Translations under genes and position numbers: made by a program
NCBI GenBank assembly: GCA_965208105.1
Contig: OZ242318.1
Span: 4,320,001-4,384,000 of the forward strand
Length of the DNA stretch: 64,000 bases
Direction: 5' to 3'
Source of the DNA: Candidatus Latescibacterota bacterium
GTDB taxonomy: Bacteria; Latescibacterota; UBA2968; UBA8231
The notes under the pieces: generated by a model
What the model was told of the DNA's origin: nothing
Database searches by the model: none
Seen by the model: the letters and a program-made list of their open reading frames with translations, nothing else
Shown here: piece after piece, positions 28,893-38,618 of the stretch
Layout: every line of letters begins with the position of its first letter
Position numbering within the stretch: the first letter of the stretch is position 1

Positions 28893-30401
28893 TTGAAGAA
28901 GACCATGGACATTCCGCTAATCGAACCTCACAAACACCGTCAGCTGTTCGTGGACGACGCCGCGTTGGAAACGGGGGGAGGAGCACAAAACCACGGTTGG
29001 ACGCGGACTATGCATCCACCCAAGAAGTGCGGCCCCGTCATCCGTCCTGATCTATCCCGCGGGCAACGGTCGCTGCAAAGCCGTAGCGCGCCGCAATGGA
29101 ATTCCGAAAAGGGTGTCTGGGAATGGTGGTATTTCGGCGAGCACGTCTACTATGCGACCTCGACCGACGGTGAGAACTGGGATCGTCCATCCCTGGGGCG
29201 TTACGAGTGGGAGGGTTCGAAAGAGAACAACATCGCGGACGATCCCGGCACCGGCGAAAACCAGCGATTGACCCACGTCATTCGCGACGAAGCCGAAAAC
29301 GATCCGGGGCGACGGTACAAAGCGCTCTTCACCCGAAGGGCGGTCATCAATGCGAGCAACCGCTTCCTGGCAACGTCCCCCGACGGGTTCGACTGGGCCA
29401 TTCTGGATCGCCCTCCAATACCCAGCAGCGACGAATGCCACTTCACTTACGACGAGTTCGGCCAGCAGTACCTGGCGCTCGTTAAGCACGGCACTGAATG
29501 GGGGCGCTCGGTTTTTCTTTCCACCAGCAAGGACTTCGAGCAGTTCACCGAACCACAGCTCATCTTTCACTCCGACGAGATCGACCGAGCGAACTGCCGG
29601 CGACGTGTGCGCGAAGTGATCGAAAACCCGGACTATATTACACCGCCCATCGTGGACGATGTGGACTACATAGCCGAAGTCTACCAAATGGCGGTCATGC
29701 CGTACGAGGGATGTTATTTCGGGTTCCCCGGCCTGTTCAATCCGTTCGGAGCCATCGCCCCACCCCTCGGGAACTTCACCCGCATCAACCAGGTGGAGCT
29801 GGCGTTTTCCCGCGACCTCCACAACTGGGATCGGCTCGGGGATCGACAGGTGTTTGTCGGCATCGACCGGTGGGACGGCGAAAGCTACGGCACGAGCCAG
29901 ATCCTGTTGACCGGCCGTCCGGTTGTGCGCCCCGATCTTGGTGAGATCTGGGTTTATTACAACGCCCTGCGCATGCCGGGAGACCGGGAACAATACCAGC
30001 AGCTGGACCGCAACCGGGAACTCTTCAGACTCAATGTGGATCCGGAGCTCTTCGAGGACGGGGGCGCGCTGTCGTTGGCAAAGCTGCGCCTGGACGGTTT
30101 TATCTCGCTCGACGGAGGTGAAGCGGCGACCATTACCACCAAACCGTTCATGCTGAGAGGTGAAGAGGTATACATCAACGTCGACGCCAAATGGGGGGCG
30201 ATCTTTGCCGAAATCGTCGATGGGGAATCCATGGGACGTTTCCCTGGCTTCACCGTCATTGGCGAACCGATCAGCGGCGATCACCTGCGCGCGAAGATAA
30301 TTTGGCAGGGAGAGCACGATCGGGTCTTCGAGCGGCCGGTTCGCATCATCTTCGACCTGCACCAGACGCGCCTCTACTCCTTCTGGCTGCAAAAGGAATG
30401 A
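28893..30401 (+). CDS. Hypothetical beta-propeller glycoside-hydrolase-like protein; paralog of 876-2387
   Basis: Shares long blocks with 876-2387: PQWNSEK, VKHGT.WGRSV.LST, FNPFGA, NFTRINQ, RLYSFWL. Confidence 0.7.
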   Translation: MKKTMDIPLIEPHKHRQLFVDDAALETGGGAQNHGWTRTMHPPKKCGPVIRPDLSRGQRSLQSRSAPQWNSEKGVWEWWYFGEHVYYATSTDGENWDRPSLGRYEWEGSKENNIADDPGTGENQRLTHVIRDEAENDPGRRYKALFTRRAVINASNRFLATSPDGFDWAILDRPPIPSSDECHFTYDEFGQQYLALVKHGTEWGRSVFLSTSKDFEQFTEPQLIFHSDEIDRANCRRRVREVIENPDYITPPIVDDVDYIAEVYQMAVMPYEGCYFGFPGLFNPFGAIAPPLGNFTRINQVELAFSRDLHNWDRLGDRQVFVGIDRWDGESYGTSQILLTGRPVVRPDLGEIWVYYNALRMPGDREQYQQLDRNRELFRLNVDPELFEDGGALSLAKLRLDGFISLDGGEAATITTKPFMLRGEEVYINVDAKWGAIFAEIVDGESMGRFPGFTVIGEPISGDHLRAKIIWQGEHDRVFERPVRIIFDLHQTRLYSFWLQKE

Positions 30402-30540
30402 GGCCACGCGGGGGGGTCGAGGAGGCCACGGCTCAACGCCCTGCTTGCACCGACGAGCGATAACACGGTTGATGCCGGCGGCGTTTCGACCGTCGCGGTG
30501 CGCTTGACCTGCGGAACCGGTTCTGAACAAAGGAGCTATC

Positions 30541-31830
30541 ATGACCGTCTTGAGTACTCGCGATCGGGACTTCTGGGAAGAAAACGGCTACGTCGTCATA
30601 CCGAATGCCGTCCCTCAGGAAAACCTGGATGCCGTCATTGAAGCCATGCAGGTGTTCTGCGGTCGCGACTTCTCGAAGCCGGAGGAATGGTACGGCATTC
30701 CCCGCAACCCGGGCAGCAGCCTCATCAACATGATGCGCCACCAAACCCTTTGGGAGAATCGCCAGTGTCCGCGCATCCACCAGGCCTTTGCCGAGATTCT
30801 GGGCACCGAGGCCTTGATCGTCTCGCAGGACCGGGTCGCCATGAATCCGCCCAACCACGGCGACTGGCAGTATGACGGGTTCATACACTGGGACATGGAT
30901 TCGACTCAGAGCCCCATCCCACTGCAAGTGCAGGGTGTCCTCTACCTGGCCGATACCGACGCTAATCAGGGAGGATTTCAATGCGTGCCCGGTTTCCATC
31001 GGAAGCTGGAGGAATGGTCGAAAACCCAACCACCCGACCGCCATCCCAAGTGGCCCGAGGATATGGCAGCCTTCGACGTTCAGCCCATTCCCGGGGAAGC
31101 CGGCGACCTGCTCATATGGCACAGCGCCTTACTCCACGGCAATGGCGCCAACTGCTCCAGCCGCCCCCGCCTGTCCCAGTTTATGCTGATGATGCCGGCC
31201 CGGGATCGAACTGGCAGCGGCGTGTTGCCCCTGGCTCGGACCCACGAGGAGGTCGTCGGTGAAGCCCTCGGTACCCCGCAGGTTCTGGTGGAGCGCTGGT
31301 TGGCTGAACATCGCGGCAGTGACCTGGTGCATGCTCGGATCGAGGAGATACTCGGGGAACACCCCAGCTACCCGGCCTGGAAGATTCGCTCCAACGGCGA
31401 CCTGTTCTTCGCCAAGAAATCGTTGGTAAAGCCGGTAGACGAGACCACCGTGGAGCTTACTCGCTCCGATGCTGAGAGTTTTGGCCTGCCAATCTTGCGC
31501 CACCTGGAAGAAGGCCTGATCGAATCGATCCTGCGCATTCCGCAGCCGCAGCACGAGCCGAAACTCAGTTCCGACCAGCTGGCTCGCTTGCCCGATCTAC
31601 TGCGACAGACTCCGGCCGCTTTCGACCTTGGCGACAGCACCATCTGGAATGAACACCATTGGCAGCACACGATTTCCGGAGGAGCGGCCTTTGGATGCGG
31701 CGACGACCGCATCTGGAACGAGCGGGATGTCGCCTACCTGATGCACGTCGAGTTCGGTCTGGAGCTCGATGTCCGGGACGCCGTGCTCACACCCTTGGGC
31801 CGCAAGCTCGCTGGCGTCGATTCCTGGTAA
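30541..31830 (+). CDS. PhyH-family dioxygenase with a C-terminal extension
   Basis: FWEENGYVV, HWD, GGFQCVPGFH, GDLLIWHSALLHGN. Confidence 0.85.
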   Translation: MTVLSTRDRDFWEENGYVVIPNAVPQENLDAVIEAMQVFCGRDFSKPEEWYGIPRNPGSSLINMMRHQTLWENRQCPRIHQAFAEILGTEALIVSQDRVAMNPPNHGDWQYDGFIHWDMDSTQSPIPLQVQGVLYLADTDANQGGFQCVPGFHRKLEEWSKTQPPDRHPKWPEDMAAFDVQPIPGEAGDLLIWHSALLHGNGANCSSRPRLSQFMLMMPARDRTGSGVLPLARTHEEVVGEALGTPQVLVERWLAEHRGSDLVHARIEEILGEHPSYPAWKIRSNGDLFFAKKSLVKPVDETTVELTRSDAESFGLPILRHLEEGLIESILRIPQPQHEPKLSSDQLARLPDLLRQTPAAFDLGDSTIWNEHHWQHTISGGAAFGCGDDRIWNERDVAYLMHVEFGLELDVRDAVLTPLGRKLAGVDSW

Positions 31831-31932
31831 TCGCAACTTCCCGCTTCACGCCGCGAGCCGGGATGGGTCGGCGGCAGCATGTCAGCATGGGGAATGCCCA
31901 GTAACATTTTCGCCGAAAACTGGAGGAAGCTC

Positions 31933-32724
31933 ATGTCCGAATTCGTTTTTCCCGACCTGCAGGGCATAAGCGACGCCTACGATCGAGACGGTTACGCCAT
32001 CGTACGTCAGGTCCTGGATTCCGAGCTGTTGGAGGAGCTGAACCGGCATATCGACTGGCTCATCGAGCGGCACCCTGAGCTCGAGCCGGAGGGCCTCGGA
32101 TGCCACCTGATAGCCGACGACCCCTTCTGGGTCCGTTTCCTGAGCGATCCGCATTTGCTGGATGTGGCCGAGGCACTGATAGGTCCCGACATCGCCCTTT
32201 TTGCGGCTGACTATATCTGCAAACCTCCCAGAACCGGAAAAGGCGTACAGTGGCATCAGGACGGCCATTACTGGCCCCTTGAACCGCTGGAGGTCACTAC
32301 CGCCTGGTTTGCCGTCACCGAATCTGTTCCACAAAACGGCGGCGTTCGTGTTATTCCCGGCAGCCACCTCATCGGCCTGCAGAAACATGCGGCAAAGCGG
32401 GAAGATCACCTCCTGCTCAAAAAGGTCGATCCAGCTGTTGTGGACGAAAGCAAGGCGATCGATATCGAGCTCGATCCGGGAGACATATCGGTGCACCACC
32501 CGCTGATTCTTCACGGCTCGGAGCCCAACACCAGTGACCGTTGGCGGCGGGGAGGATCTATTCAGTACATGCCGGCCACGACGTTGGTCACCAAGCAGGA
32601 TTGGCCCTGCCTCTTTCTATTCCGTGGCGAGGCGGTGGACGGCATCAACGAATATCGCTCATGCCCGCCTTTCAACGCCGATCGGCACATGGAATTTCGC
32701 GGCTGCGAAACCTGGTTGCAGTGA
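31933..32724 (+). CDS. PhyH-family dioxygenase
   Basis: WHQDGHYW, NGG.RVIPGSH, HGSEPN. Confidence 0.9.
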   Translation: MSEFVFPDLQGISDAYDRDGYAIVRQVLDSELLEELNRHIDWLIERHPELEPEGLGCHLIADDPFWVRFLSDPHLLDVAEALIGPDIALFAADYICKPPRTGKGVQWHQDGHYWPLEPLEVTTAWFAVTESVPQNGGVRVIPGSHLIGLQKHAAKREDHLLLKKVDPAVVDESKAIDIELDPGDISVHHPLILHGSEPNTSDRWRRGGSIQYMPATTLVTKQDWPCLFLFRGEAVDGINEYRSCPPFNADRHMEFRGCETWLQ

Positions 32725-32807
32725 TCCTTTCCTATCGTTTCTTGTGCGCCCAGCTCCTACGGCTGCTCCGTCCCTGCGCTATCCCGTGCCAGGAGCGCCC
32801 TGCGCTC

Positions 32808-32893
32808 ATGCGTGCCCCCACCTCTTTAAAGGTCCCGTCCCCGTTGTTCCGGTAGAGAAAATTCTGATGGATGTCATTAGCGACGTAAATGTC
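32808..32893 (-). pseudogene. FG-GAP/CRTAC1-like repeat fragment
   Basis: Minus strand translates DIYVANDIHQNFLYRNNGDGTFKEVG. Confidence 0.7.
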
Positions 32894-33025
32894 TCCTCCC
32901 TGCGCCCATCGGCTGCGGTGGGCGGTGGGTGACCCTGCTGGCGCGGGTGTTTTCCTCCGACCTCAGCGCATGCCCGACCTGTGGCGGGCGCCTGCGGCTT
33001 GTCGCCGCCCTGACCGATCCGGACC
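32893..33025 (+). mobile_element. IS91-like transposase internal remnant (no ori tail)
   Basis: TLLARVFSSDLSACPTCGGRLRLVAALTDP. Confidence 0.8.
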
Positions 33026-33264
33026 TCCACATTCTCTGGGTCGTGCGAGACCGGGAGTTCAAATACATCTATTTCGCCGACCCGGAGTTTCCGCCCATCC
33101 TCTTCGATCTGAGATCCGATCCCGACGAGTTGAACAACGTTGCAGGACTGGCAGAGTACGCCGCCATCGAGCTGAGCTGCTGCCACAAGCTGTTGCGCTG
33201 GCGCATGTACAACGAAGATCAGCGCATGGAACACTGGGCACAGCCGCTCCGCGAAGCGGATTAG
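33026..33264 (+). pseudogene. Sulfatase/phosphonate-monoester-hydrolase C-terminal fragment
   Basis: VRDREFKYIYF...PILFDLRSDPDELNNVA; in frame with the transposase remnant. Confidence 0.75.
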
Positions 33265-33373
33265 CTGTTAGTGCAAAGAAGCGCGGATGGTCGCACCACT
33301 TGCGCAGCCGACAACACCGCCGCCGATTATGCAGACATCGAACTCCAACATTCGGTGCCCACTCTCGGGTTCG

Positions 33374-34237
33374 TTACTTGGTAAAGACCTTGTCTTCGAG
33401 GAGCCTCTGGAGTTCAAAGATGCCGCGGCCGGATCGGGGGTCGCCGGGGTGACGCAGACGAACGGTCATCGATTCGAGACGGACATCCTGCGTGGGTTCC
33501 CCACGGAGAGTGTTGGCGTTGAGGGCGTCCCAGTCTTTGCCACCGGGGATGGACCATGCGTCCGCAGCGGCGTACTCGTAGATCAGGAGCCGGCGGGAGC
33601 TGCTCGAGTTGTTGGCGGCCGAACCGTGCAGGGTTCGGGTGTGATGGATCGAGATGTCGCCGGCCCTAAGTTCGAGGGGAACCGCAGTGGAAAGGTCAAT
33701 GCCGTCGCGCTGAGGACTGATGCCGCCGATGAAAAATCCGTTCTGGTGATGATCGAGAACCGGGCCGTTATGGGAACCCGGAACGACCATCATACAGCCG
33801 GTTTCCTGAGTCATGTCTTCGAGGGCAATGCCGATGGCGCAGAGATCGCTGTTGGTCTGAGGATGATGGGCAAAGTCCTGGTGCCATTCCACAGGGGTGC
33901 CGCCGTTGCCGGGCTTGATGTTAATCTTGTTGCCCTGGGCGCGAATGTTGGGGCCGATGAGTGGGACAAGGCGGTCCAGGATGCGGTCGGAACGCATCAG
34001 GCCATCGAAGAGGGGATGGTAGGCGCTTGGGTTACCGAGGCGGCGGACCCGTGGACGTTCAGGGGTGTGGTCGGGTTCGAGGTCGTAATGTCCTGAGCTC
34101 TCCGTGACTGTGCGGCTTTTTTCAATGAAATCGTCAACGATGTCATTGGCTTCAGCCATTTCGTCAGCAGTGAAGATATTCGAGAGGGTGAGGTAGCCGT
34201 TTTCTCGGTAGAAGTCGATTTGATCCCGGGTGAGCAT
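33374..34237 (-). CDS. PhyH-family dioxygenase
   Basis: FYRENGYL, WHQDF, GCMMVVPGSH, LHGS..N. Confidence 0.9.
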   Translation of the reverse strand: MLTRDQIDFYRENGYLTLSNIFTADEMAEANDIVDDFIEKSRTVTESSGHYDLEPDHTPERPRVRRLGNPSAYHPLFDGLMRSDRILDRLVPLIGPNIRAQGNKINIKPGNGGTPVEWHQDFAHHPQTNSDLCAIGIALEDMTQETGCMMVVPGSHNGPVLDHHQNGFFIGGISPQRDGIDLSTAVPLELRAGDISIHHTRTLHGSAANNSSSSRRLLIYEYAAADAWSIPGGKDWDALNANTLRGEPTQDVRLESMTVRLRHPGDPRSGRGIFELQRLLEDKVFTK

Positions 34238-34440
34238 AATGGCTCCTGGGTGATGGGGTGTGACCGACAGGGATTTACTTGCAATGTGGTACTATAATTA
34301 GGGCCTTTTTGTGTGATGAGCAAGTCGTGACGTCGCTGTTTTCGTCCCTTTGAGCTCCTTCCAAATCTTCGTACTATACCGGCACGCGATTGGGATTCAC
34401 CGAATTCGGCCTCTAAATCGCCGGAATAAAATGCCAGTGA

Positions 34441-34860
34441 GTGAGACAGGAAGAAGGCTCGTGCTCGTCGGGGGGCAGGGTAGAGCTTGAGTCCTTCGAG
34501 GTACCCGAGCCGGGCTCGGGTCAGGTGCTGGTTCGTGTGCATCGAAGTCAGATTAGCGCCGGCAGCGAGAAGAACGTGATGGTAGAGGGACCGGGCGCCG
34601 ACGGGGGGCGTCCGATGGGATATACGACGGCGGGGCGTGTTCTGGCTGTCGGGTCCGGGGTGGACGATTTCAAGCCGGGCGACAGAGTGCTTGCCTTTGG
34701 AAACCACGGGTCCCACTGGCTGACCGGCCAGGCGACGAGTTCTGAGCTCCACGCGTCGATACAACCCATTGAATTCGACATCACCGATGAACAGGCCGCT
34801 TTTGCCGTGCTGGGGCGATGTCTCCCTCCACGGCGTGCGACGCGCGCAGCTCCAGATTGA
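34441..34860 (+). pseudogene. Truncated zinc-binding dehydrogenase (GroES-like N-terminus)
   Basis: QVLVRV..SQISAGSE, MGY..AG.V.AVG.GV..FKPGDRV; NAD-binding domain missing. Confidence 0.7.
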
Positions 34861-35019
34861 CATTGCTGGGATTGCTGTTCGGCGAAGGCACTCTCGTTGA
34901 TACAACCATCACCTAGGCTCCCCTCCGACCAAGAATCGTGCCCGGCAACTAGATTTGGAATTGGCCTGAAAGCGCAAGCGGGAAGAGATCTCCAAGGAAG
35001 AGTGCATAGTGATGGGTTG

Positions 35020-35381
35020 GGTAGACAGGTACAAGGGAAGTCCCACTACGGCTGGCGACTGAGTAGTATGGAACACTATTTAACCTCAAGAACAACAGGG
35101 CTCGTGCTCGGGTCGAACATATTCCTCAATTCAGTAACCACAAGGCCGTGAGTGATGAAATTTAACTACCTGATCGTCGCTTGGCGGAATATTTCGCGCT
35201 AAAAGTTATATTCATTTATTGCCGTATTTGGACTTGCGGTGGGCATGTCAACCTGGTTTGGTCACAGTTTACCATGGGTGCCATTCTCTTGGGAATAGCT
35301 GTCGCTTTCTTGCCGGTAGCATTCCATGCGGTAAGAGCGGCGGTCAGCAACCCAATAAATGACATCCGACTGGAGGAGTAG
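35020..35381 (+). pseudogene. Degraded ABC permease (FtsX-like) C-terminus
   Basis: Hydrophobic stretch ending RAAVSNPINDIRLEE; interrupted frames. Confidence 0.5.
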
Positions 35382-35531
35382 ATGGCTATAAACCCCGACT
35401 GCCTAAAATTTGTTTCGGTCGAATGTGCGAATCTGTTCGCCAGATCCTTTTCAAGATCGTATAACTCAGTTGGTGTAGTTGAGATCGGGATTGTTGTTTG
35501 ATAAAGGCTCCTCCGAGGTTTGTTGATCTTT

Positions 35532-35662
35532 GCGGCGGACCGCGCTTCGAGCGCTCCTACCTGCGCCCATCGGCTTCGGTAGGCGACCTTGCTGGCGCAG
35601 GTGTTTTCCTTCGACCTCAGCGCATGCGCGACCTGTGGCGGGCGCCTGCGGCTTGTCGCCGC
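35532..35662 (+). mobile_element. IS91-like transposase remnant
   Basis: ggaccgcgcttcgagcgctcc...LAQVFSFDLSACATCGGRLRLVAA. Confidence 0.8.
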
Positions 35663-35771
35663 GGTGCAGTGGTGCTTTATTGTGAAAACGCGCCCGGGTC
35701 TGCTGCCCTCGCCGGGCCCGGGCTGTCCATCAGGTTATCGATCAACCGATTCACTTAGGAGGACCGGACCG

Positions 35772-36614
35772 ATGCAGATCAGCTACGCCACCGCAGGATT
35801 CAAGGGCCCGCTCGATGAGGCCCTCGACGGGATCGCCGCCGCCGGGTATTCCCACATCGAGCTTTCCTCGCAGGAGGGGCACCTCGAACGGATCTTCACG
35901 AGCGGGGAGCTCGAGCAGCTGCGGTCGCGGATCGAGGGGTCCGGTCTGCGCACCGGCACCGTGCACGCGCCGATGATGCGCAACGTGCTCGGCGCCCCGG
36001 AGGAGGACTGGCGGCGGGAGAAGGCCGCCCTGCTCGGGAAGTACCTGCGCATGTCGGGCGCCCTCGGCGCCGGCGGCATGGTCATCCACCCGGTGCCGAA
36101 CCCGCGGTTCGTCGAGGATCCGGAACGCCCGGAGCTGACCGGAATCATGTCCGGGGCGGCGCGGCGCTCCCTCGACGACCTAATGCCGGTGGCGCTCGAG
36201 TCGGGGGTGCGGATTCTGCTGGAGAACCTGCCCTACCGCTCCCACTACCCGTTCCTGACCATGACGGAGCTGCGCGGCCTCGTCGACGACTACCCGGAGG
36301 AGGCGGTGGGGCTGGTGGTCGACACCGGCCACGCCTGGACCGCGGGGAACGACCCGGGCGGGGAAATCAGGGCCGCGGGCGAGCGCCTGTGGGGAACCCA
36401 TCTGCAGGACGTCGACGGCGAGGACCCGCAGGACAACCACTGGGCCCCGCTGCAGGGGGACCTCGACTGGGAGGCGATCCGCGAGGCCCTGCGCGAGGTC
36501 GGCTACCGCGGTTTCTGGACCTTCGAAGTGGCCACTCCCCGCCGGGGTGAATCGCCGGCCGAGCTGGCGCGGCTGACATACGCAGCGGCCCGGGAGCTGT
36601 CCCTTCACCCATAG
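35772..36614 (+). CDS. Sugar phosphate isomerase/epimerase TIM barrel
   Basis: RBS AGGAGG; LLENL, DTGH, HLQD, TFEV. Confidence 0.85.
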   Translation: MQISYATAGFKGPLDEALDGIAAAGYSHIELSSQEGHLERIFTSGELEQLRSRIEGSGLRTGTVHAPMMRNVLGAPEEDWRREKAALLGKYLRMSGALGAGGMVIHPVPNPRFVEDPERPELTGIMSGAARRSLDDLMPVALESGVRILLENLPYRSHYPFLTMTELRGLVDDYPEEAVGLVVDTGHAWTAGNDPGGEIRAAGERLWGTHLQDVDGEDPQDNHWAPLQGDLDWEAIREALREVGYRGFWTFEVATPRRGESPAELARLTYAAARELSLHP

Positions 36615-36660
36615 GACCGGCTGCAGCGTCGGCCGGACATGCTCCATCCGGAACAGCACC

Positions 36661-36686
36661 TACAACGGTGCTTGGAGCATTCCGGA
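36661..36686 (+). repeat. 26-bp sliver of the family B tail
   Basis: tacaacggtgcttggagcattccgga, also present in B4 near 40177. Confidence 0.65.
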
Positions 36687-36708
36687 CTGATATCGAAAGG
36701 AAAATCCT

Positions 36709-37791
36709 ATGGCTGAACCCAAAGGCGAAGCATTTCGCGTAGTTCACAAAACCAAATCCAAACATATCTATCGTGGCGCGGTCGTCGGCTGTGGCAGAAT
36801 GGGCAGCACGATCGATGATGAGCATATCGGAATGCCGCACTACCCCTGGCCCTGGGCGCACGCGCCTGCTATGATTGAAGCGCGAGGGGTGGACCTCATC
36901 GCCGCCGCCGATGTTGATCAAGCTAAATTAGATGACTTCAAACGGCGTTGGGGCGTCGAGGCTCTTTACACCGACTACCGGGAGATGGTCCAACAGGAAC
37001 AACCGGACATCATCTGCCTGACAACCCGTCCTGAACCCCGTGCGGAGGTTACTATCGGTTTGGCGGAAGCAGGTGTCAAAGCGATCTACGCCACCAAACC
37101 GATGTGCCGCACCCTTGCCGAGGCGGACGCAATGATCGACGCCTGCCACAAGCACGGGGTCATCCTCGCTATTGCATGCCACCTCAACTGGTACAGTTGG
37201 TATACAAACGCCCGTCAAGCAATCGCTGAAGGCACCATCGGCTCATTGAGATCGATGATCTGCCACAGTCCGTCCACCCTCTCAAATCTCCACAGCCATA
37301 CGCTCGCACTTTTTCGCCTATTTGCTGATGCACCGGCAAAGTGGGTTTTCGGGGTAATGGACAGTGACGAGAGAGCAGCAGGGGATAGCGATCTCTCGGG
37401 ATCGGGGTATGTCGTCTACGAGAACGGCGTCCGTGCTGTCATGAATACCCAAGTCGAAACTGCAGGGCACAACTGGACGCTCGAATTTATCGGCGATAAA
37501 GGGCGAATAATTACACGCAACGCCCATGCCCAGTTTGAGCTATGGAGTACCCATCCAGAAACAGGTAACCCTATTCAGTGTCAGTTTCCCAACCCTTGGT
37601 ATCCACGCAGCTCGATGGTGGATGCAATCGAAGGCGTTTGCCTATCCCTTGAGGCAGGAGAAGAGCGAATCTGTCCGGGTGAATTTGGCAGAGAGGTGCT
37701 GGAGATTGCCATTGGATTGCGCGAATCCCATCGCCGTGGAAATATTCGGGTCGACCTGCCACTGGAAGACCGCAGCCTCCGGATGGGCTAG
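36709..37791 (+). CDS. Gfo/Idh/MocA oxidoreductase
   Basis: VVGCGRMG, YTDYREM, KPM...LAEADAMI. Confidence 0.85.
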   Translation: MAEPKGEAFRVVHKTKSKHIYRGAVVGCGRMGSTIDDEHIGMPHYPWPWAHAPAMIEARGVDLIAAADVDQAKLDDFKRRWGVEALYTDYREMVQQEQPDIICLTTRPEPRAEVTIGLAEAGVKAIYATKPMCRTLAEADAMIDACHKHGVILAIACHLNWYSWYTNARQAIAEGTIGSLRSMICHSPSTLSNLHSHTLALFRLFADAPAKWVFGVMDSDERAAGDSDLSGSGYVVYENGVRAVMNTQVETAGHNWTLEFIGDKGRIITRNAHAQFELWSTHPETGNPIQCQFPNPWYPRSSMVDAIEGVCLSLEAGEERICPGEFGREVLEIAIGLRESHRRGNIRVDLPLEDRSLRMG

Positions 37792-37936
37792 CGCAGATCC
37801 CAATCATGGGAAGGCGCCATGATCAGGCACTGGACTGTCGCTGCCTTGATGACCGCACCAGAAACCGCAAGATGGTGCTGATGCGGTAGGCGGGGTAGAG
37901 CTCCCCGGCATTGGCTCAGAGCGATCCGGCAATCAA

Positions 37937-38473
37937 ATGCGAAAGGTCTCGATAATCGGCTGTGGCGGTACGGGGAAGTCTACCCTGGCCGTCGAACTGG
38001 GATCCCTGCTGAATCTGCCGGTCATTCACCTCGATTCCGTTTACTGGGGACCCGACTGGAAAAGGCCCCCGCCGGAGGAATGGCAACGCCGGCATCGGGA
38101 GCTTCTCGCACGCGAATCCTGGATAATGGACGGCAACTACGGCGGCACGATGAAGGAACGGATAGCCGCCAGCGACACGGTAATCCTGCTGGCCCTGTCT
38201 CGTTTCACCTGTCTTTTCCGGGTAATCAAACGGGGGTTAAAGGGCAGGGGACGCAGTCGTCCGGACCTGCATCCTGGCTGCATTGAGAAGCTGCCGGATC
38301 GCGAATTCCTCGAGTGGATCTGGGATTATCCGAAGACGCGTTTGCCAGGCGTATTGCAGCTGCTGGAAGGGGTCATGCACGAAAAGAGGGTCGTGATCAT
38401 GCGGTCCAATGCCGATGTGGCCAGGTTCCTTGACACTCTGGAGATGGGCAGAACGCAGGGTTCAACCCGATAG
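37937..38473 (+). CDS. P-loop kinase, DNA topology modulation protein (FlaR-like)
   Basis: IIGCGGTGKST, HLD..YW, WIMDGNY. Confidence 0.85.
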   Translation: MRKVSIIGCGGTGKSTLAVELGSLLNLPVIHLDSVYWGPDWKRPPPEEWQRRHRELLARESWIMDGNYGGTMKERIAASDTVILLALSRFTCLFRVIKRGLKGRGRSRPDLHPGCIEKLPDREFLEWIWDYPKTRLPGVLQLLEGVMHEKRVVIMRSNADVARFLDTLEMGRTQGSTR

Positions 38474-38529
38474 AACAGTCACGGCACCACAGTTCTCTGC
38501 CCGTTGCCGCGTCGGTCAGTACTGGCTGG

Positions 38530-38586
38530 GCGCAGGATATTTTGCGCATACAGTTGATAATGGCGCATATACGAGCTATATTGCGT
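38530..38586 (+). promoter_or_regulatory. Fic promoter with GCGCA..TGCG inverted repeats
   Basis: TTGATA(38554)-17-TATATT; gcgca-N8-tgcgc and gcgca-N14-tgcgt. Confidence 0.55.
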
Positions 38587-38618
38587 ATATCCTTAGTTTG
38601 GGCAAAATCGAGGACACG

